DNA of 64,000 nucleotides from an uncultured bacterium (GTDB lineage Bacteria; Acidobacteriota; Thermoanaerobaculia; Multivoradales; JAHZIX01): NCBI GenBank assembly GCA_965368975.1, contig CBDUPA010000006.1, positions 160,001 to 224,000 of the forward strand, read 5' to 3'. Shown piece by piece: positions 60,462 to 64,000 of this stretch (position 1 is its first letter; each line of letters starts with the position of its first letter). The notes under the pieces were generated by a model. It saw only the letters and a program-made list of their open reading frames with translations, ran no database searches and was not told where the DNA came from. The position numbers and the translations under genes were made by a program.

Positions 60462-61618
60462 CAGAACTTCCTTCGTGCACGCTCGGCGCGCCGTGTCTGC
60501 TGGCGTGCCAGGCGTTGCTGTCGAGTGCGCCAGCTGCTCCAGCCGAGCAGGCCGAGCAACGCCAGGAGCACGGCCGAGATGACGTAGAGGGTGCCGTCTT
60601 CCTGCTGGCCTGGCAGGCACTCGAGGCCGAGGGCGCGCGCCTGGGCGCAGATGTCGGGCTGGGTGGAGGTGGGGCCGGCTTCGGTGTCGGTATCGGTGTC
60701 ACGGGACGGCCGTGGGGTGGTCGGCGTCCGCGGATCGGTTGGGGTCGTGGATGGCAGACTGCCGCCGGGTTGCCAACCGTCGGCGAGCATTTCGTCCCAG
60801 GTCCAGGTGGTGATCGGTTCCTCGAGCTCGCCGGGCCAGACGGCGCGCACCAGCGGGACCAGGTAGCCGCCGTCGACGTTGCGCGTCCAGTCGGCGCCGC
60901 TGCTTCCGCTGCTGCCGCCGGCATCTTCGCGCGACAGCCAGACGCCGAAGACTTCCGGTGTCGGTGCGTCTGAAGTCGTGGTCGAGCCGGTGCCGCCGGC
61001 TGGGTAGCGTGCCAGGTGGACGGGGATGCCCAGGGTCTGTAGGGCCTGCACAGCAGTGAAGGCGGTGGACAGGGTGTCCGCGTGGACGGCGTCGGCGAGC
61101 ACTTCCCAGCCTTGCCACAGCCGGGAGTAGCGGCTCGGGGGGCCGGCGCGGTGGGCCGCGACGGGGCGCAGCGTGGCGACCAGGCACGTAGCGGTGAACA
61201 GAGGGTCGTCCTCGGCTAGCAAGCCGCGCTGGCGTAGCGCCGCGACGAGCACGCGCAAGTGCGGTTCGTTGGCCGCGGCGACCTGGGCCGGCGTCTGTTC
61301 ACGGCCAGCCTGATCGAGCCAGGCGTCCGGGCCGTGCACCACCATCAGGTAGGGATCCTGCTTGGGTGGCAGGGTGCGCACCCACTGCCGGTGCCAGCGG
61401 CCCTTCTGGTCGAAATTACGGTTCTGGACGACGCCCGGTAGCAAGTCGATGGTCAGGTCTTGGGCGAAGGCGGGGAAGGCGACGAAGAGCATCGCCATCA
61501 AATGGAGAAGGATCCCCTTCTGTGTAGGGGCGGCCCCATGTGGCCGCCCTGCGGCGCAGCCGCATCCGGATCCAGAGGGCGGCCACATGGGGCCGCCCCT
61601 ACAACGGAGGGCGGACAT
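60461..61618 (-). CDS. Hypothetical exported protein with Pro/Thr linker and C-terminal TM anchor
   Basis: Signal-like AFPAFA|Q; PTDPRTPTTP linker; TM plus Arg-rich tail. Confidence 0.7.
   Translation of the reverse strand: MSALRCRGGPMWPPSGSGCGCAAGRPHGAAPTQKGILLHLMAMLFVAFPAFAQDLTIDLLPGVVQNRNFDQKGRWHRQWVRTLPPKQDPYLMVVHGPDAWLDQAGREQTPAQVAAANEPHLRVLVAALRQRGLLAEDDPLFTATCLVATLRPVAAHRAGPPSRYSRLWQGWEVLADAVHADTLSTAFTAVQALQTLGIPVHLARYPAGGTGSTTTSDAPTPEVFGVWLSREDAGGSSGSSGADWTRNVDGGYLVPLVRAVWPGELEEPITTWTWDEMLADGWQPGGSLPSTTPTDPRTPTTPRPSRDTDTDTEAGPTSTQPDICAQARALGLECLPGQQEDGTLYVISAVLLALLGLLGWSSWRTRQQRLARQQTRRAERARRKF
61523..61603. repeat. GTAG-type REP doublet (REPIN), 28-bp perfect inverted repeats
   Basis: TGTAGGGGCGGCCCCATGTGGCCGCCCT (61523-61550) and its exact reverse complement (61576-61603); each arm is internally palindromic. 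Confidence 0.88.
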
Positions 61619-61627
61619 CACCACCCT

Positions 61628-64000
61628 CTAACCCAGCGGCGGCGGTTCGTCGTCCAGCAGGGCGACGATTTCCGCGACCTCTTCGGCGTGGTGCCATTGG
61701 TCGCCGAAGCTGCGGGTCCACACCTTGTGCTCGCTTGCCGGTGCGGCCTGGATGCGCGCGGCGACGTCGGCGGCGCTCAACTTGCCGCGACGTTCGCCGT
61801 CGCAGGCGTAGTGGTACAGCGTACCGGCGGTCAGCGGTGGTGGCTCGTCCTCGGCGCGTAGCGGCGGGGGGGCGTCGCTGTCGGCCACCGGTTCCTGCTC
61901 GGCGCCCTGCTCGGCGTCCTGCTGCGCCGCGAAGGCGTCCCAGCGGATGGCCAGGCGCGGGAAACGGACCTCGGGGTTGCCCTGCGCATCGCGGCCGCGC
62001 GGCACGACGCCGGCGGTCTGCAGCTTGCCGATCTCGGTCTCGACGGCACCCTGCAGGGTCCATTCTTCCAGCCGGTGGGTGTCTGGCACCTTGGCGGTGG
62101 TGGCGACCAGTTGGCTGGTGTCGCGGTAGGTGGGTTCGGTCCAGCTGTGCAGATCCTCGAGCAGGGCTTTGACCGCCAGCGCTGCCTCGGGCCCCAGGCT
62201 GGCCTGGCTGGTGACCTGGCGCCGCCATTCGCCACGCAGGTGGTCGCACACCAGATTCTGCATCGAACCGACGGCGGTGCCTTCGTCGCGGCCCAGGCCA
62301 GGGGCGACTTGCACCGGGAAGATGCAGTAGTAGTAGTAATCCGCCAGGGCCACGAGGTGGGCCCAGCCGCCGCGTTCCGTCTGCAGCAGCCGCTTGAGCG
62401 CCGCCTCGACCTCGGTGCGCAGCTGCTGCACCAGCACCGTGTCGCTCATCAGGCGGTCGATCACGCGGCCTTCGGGGCCGAGGTCACGCCACTGCACTTC
62501 GAACGGGCCAACCCGTCGACGCCACTGGTAGACCATGCGCTGGTCGTCGTCGGGGCGCAGGCGCACGCTGCACACCAGGCCGAGCATCAGTGCCTGGATG
62601 AACAGGCGCCAGGCGACCTGGAAGGTGGGCAGCTGCTGCGTGCTGTAGGGCAGGATGGGCTGGAATTGGTGGTAGTCCTGGTGGATGTGCAGCGGTGTGT
62701 CGCGCGCCACCAGGGAGTCGTAGTGCTTGCGCAGCTCGGAGACCTCGCTCAGGTAGTAGACCGGGAAGGCGTTGAGTTCGCTGTAGAAGATCAGCTCGCA
62801 CGGCTCGTAGGCCTGCACACGGCGCGGCTCGAAGGGGGCGTCGGCATACTGCTGCAGGAAGTCGACCAGCTCCTGGACCACTTCTTCCTCGTGCGGCTGG
62901 CCGGTGGTGGTGCAGCCGATGAAGGCATCGCCGTGCGGTTGGTGCAGGTTGACCAACTCGTCGGCCTGGTTCTTGCTGCCCCAGGGCAGGCCCTTCTCGT
63001 ATAGCTGCTCGAACAGGTCGCGCCGCTTGGGACGATCGTAGTACTTGCCGAGCACGGCGCACAGTGAGTGCCGTTCGATGAAGCCGTCGACGGCGTCTTC
63101 CGGATCCTCGACGAAGGCGGCGGTGCGCCCCTTGTCGCCGCGCAGGGCGTAGAAGGCTTGCGCCGCCAGCTCGTCGCGGAAGTCTTCGAACTCGGCGTTC
63201 AACTTGTCGCCGATACGTTGCAGCGTGTCGAGGCCCATGCGCCGCAGCGCGCGGTCGAGCACCAGCTGCAGGCGTTCGATCTTGGTCTCTCGCGCGCGTC
63301 CGAGGTAGGGCTCGAGCAGGTCGCCCATCTCGCCCGGTACGTCGATCTCGACGATCACCGATGACTCTTGGGGCTGGGCGTAGAACTCGGCCAGCCGCTG
63401 GTACTCGGACTCGAGCAGGAACATGCGCTCGGCGATGCGTTCGAGGTTGCCGAGCTGGTCGCGCAGGACGTCGCGGATGCCGTCGACGGCGCGCTTGCCC
63501 TCGCCGCAGATCAGTTCGTTGGCCTCGGCGCGCCAGTAGTCGTAGAAGGCTTCCGAGGCGCGCTGCACGGCGGCCTCGTGGGTGTCGACCGCGGAACCGA
63601 AGCCGCGCGAGGCGCGGTCGGCGTTCTTCAACCGCTTGTGCCAGTTCTGCAGCTCGATGTCGGCGCGTCCGCGCAACTTTTCCTGCTGCTGCTTGAAGTA
63701 GTCGCCGTAGAAGGCCTGGTCGGCGGGACGGTCGAGCAACTCGAGCAGGTCGCGCAGGATGGCCATGACACCTGAGATGCCGACCGCCGGACGGCGGCGG
63801 AAGTCCTCGATCACCTTGGGCAGCGCCGTGTGCACCTCGTCGATCAGTTCCTTGCGATTCTGCCGGATGCGGCGCACCCAGTCGCCCTCACTGCCCGGGG
63901 AGTTGGGGTCGCCCCACAGGCTGGCGACGCGCTTGAAGACGTCCTCGCCCAGCTCGACGGTGGCCTTGTCGGTGTACATGTTCTCGGCCAGGCCGTTGAT
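61628..64000 (-). CDS. C-terminal part of a probable tubulin-like (Tubulin_2) protein with GYF_2 domain, 5'-partial
   Basis: Frame is open to the window end; long helical region; ELIFYSE..AFP.YYL...L...Y......PLH segment; C-terminal YHY..DG...G......VW...F.DQW....EV.E....PPPL (GYF_2-like). The GTPase domain itself is not in the window. Confidence 0.6.
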   Translation of the reverse strand: MNGLAENMYTDKATVELGEDVFKRVASLWGDPNSPGSEGDWVRRIRQNRKELIDEVHTALPKVIEDFRRRPAVGISGVMAILRDLLELLDRPADQAFYGDYFKQQQEKLRGRADIELQNWHKRLKNADRASRGFGSAVDTHEAAVQRASEAFYDYWRAEANELICGEGKRAVDGIRDVLRDQLGNLERIAERMFLLESEYQRLAEFYAQPQESSVIVEIDVPGEMGDLLEPYLGRARETKIERLQLVLDRALRRMGLDTLQRIGDKLNAEFEDFRDELAAQAFYALRGDKGRTAAFVEDPEDAVDGFIERHSLCAVLGKYYDRPKRRDLFEQLYEKGLPWGSKNQADELVNLHQPHGDAFIGCTTTGQPHEEEVVQELVDFLQQYADAPFEPRRVQAYEPCELIFYSELNAFPVYYLSEVSELRKHYDSLVARDTPLHIHQDYHQFQPILPYSTQQLPTFQVAWRLFIQALMLGLVCSVRLRPDDDQRMVYQWRRRVGPFEVQWRDLGPEGRVIDRLMSDTVLVQQLRTEVEAALKRLLQTERGGWAHLVALADYYYYCIFPVQVAPGLGRDEGTAVGSMQNLVCDHLRGEWRRQVTSQASLGPEAALAVKALLEDLHSWTEPTYRDTSQLVATTAKVPDTHRLEEWTLQGAVETEIGKLQTAGVVPRGRDAQGNPEVRFPRLAIRWDAFAAQQDAEQGAEQEPVADSDAPPPLRAEDEPPPLTAGTLYHYACDGERRGKLSAADVAARIQAAPASEHKVWTRSFGDQWHHAEEVAEIVALLDDEPPPLG

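Overview
High-GC bacterial chromosomal window. It probably comes from Acidobacteriota, Thermoanaerobaculia-like; this is inferred from protein types such as a kinase-TPR receptor, a CRTAC1/TPR pair and a lineage-typical C-terminal repeat domain. Housekeeping genes are metH (5'-partial), tandem ppk2, holB, ndh, ddl, thiO, an SDR and a tricorn protease. A small lower-GC accessory patch (~5.8-9.9 kb) encodes a DUF4365 nuclease-like protein, TA modules and a Fic protein. The window also holds a double-kinase/pseudo-cyclase/TPR receptor, secreted zinc metalloproteases (including a tandem duplication of a two-gene unit), a truncated RAYT-like transposase and a wzx-asnB-GT4 glycan cluster. The best candidate for an undescribed system is the minus-strand operon at 51864-59067: a LolA-like protein, an exported protein with 19 contiguous S-x-C-x-x pentapeptides, and two paralogous multi-TM proteins with tandem GldG/DUF4350-like domains. 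At the right end, a partial tubulin-like (Tubulin_2-type)/GYF_2 gene precedes two C-terminally anchored proteins. One of these carries an 81-bp REP doublet inserted in frame in its signal peptide. No rRNA, tRNA or CRISPR array was recognised. All family assignments come from motif recognition by eye; no searches were run.
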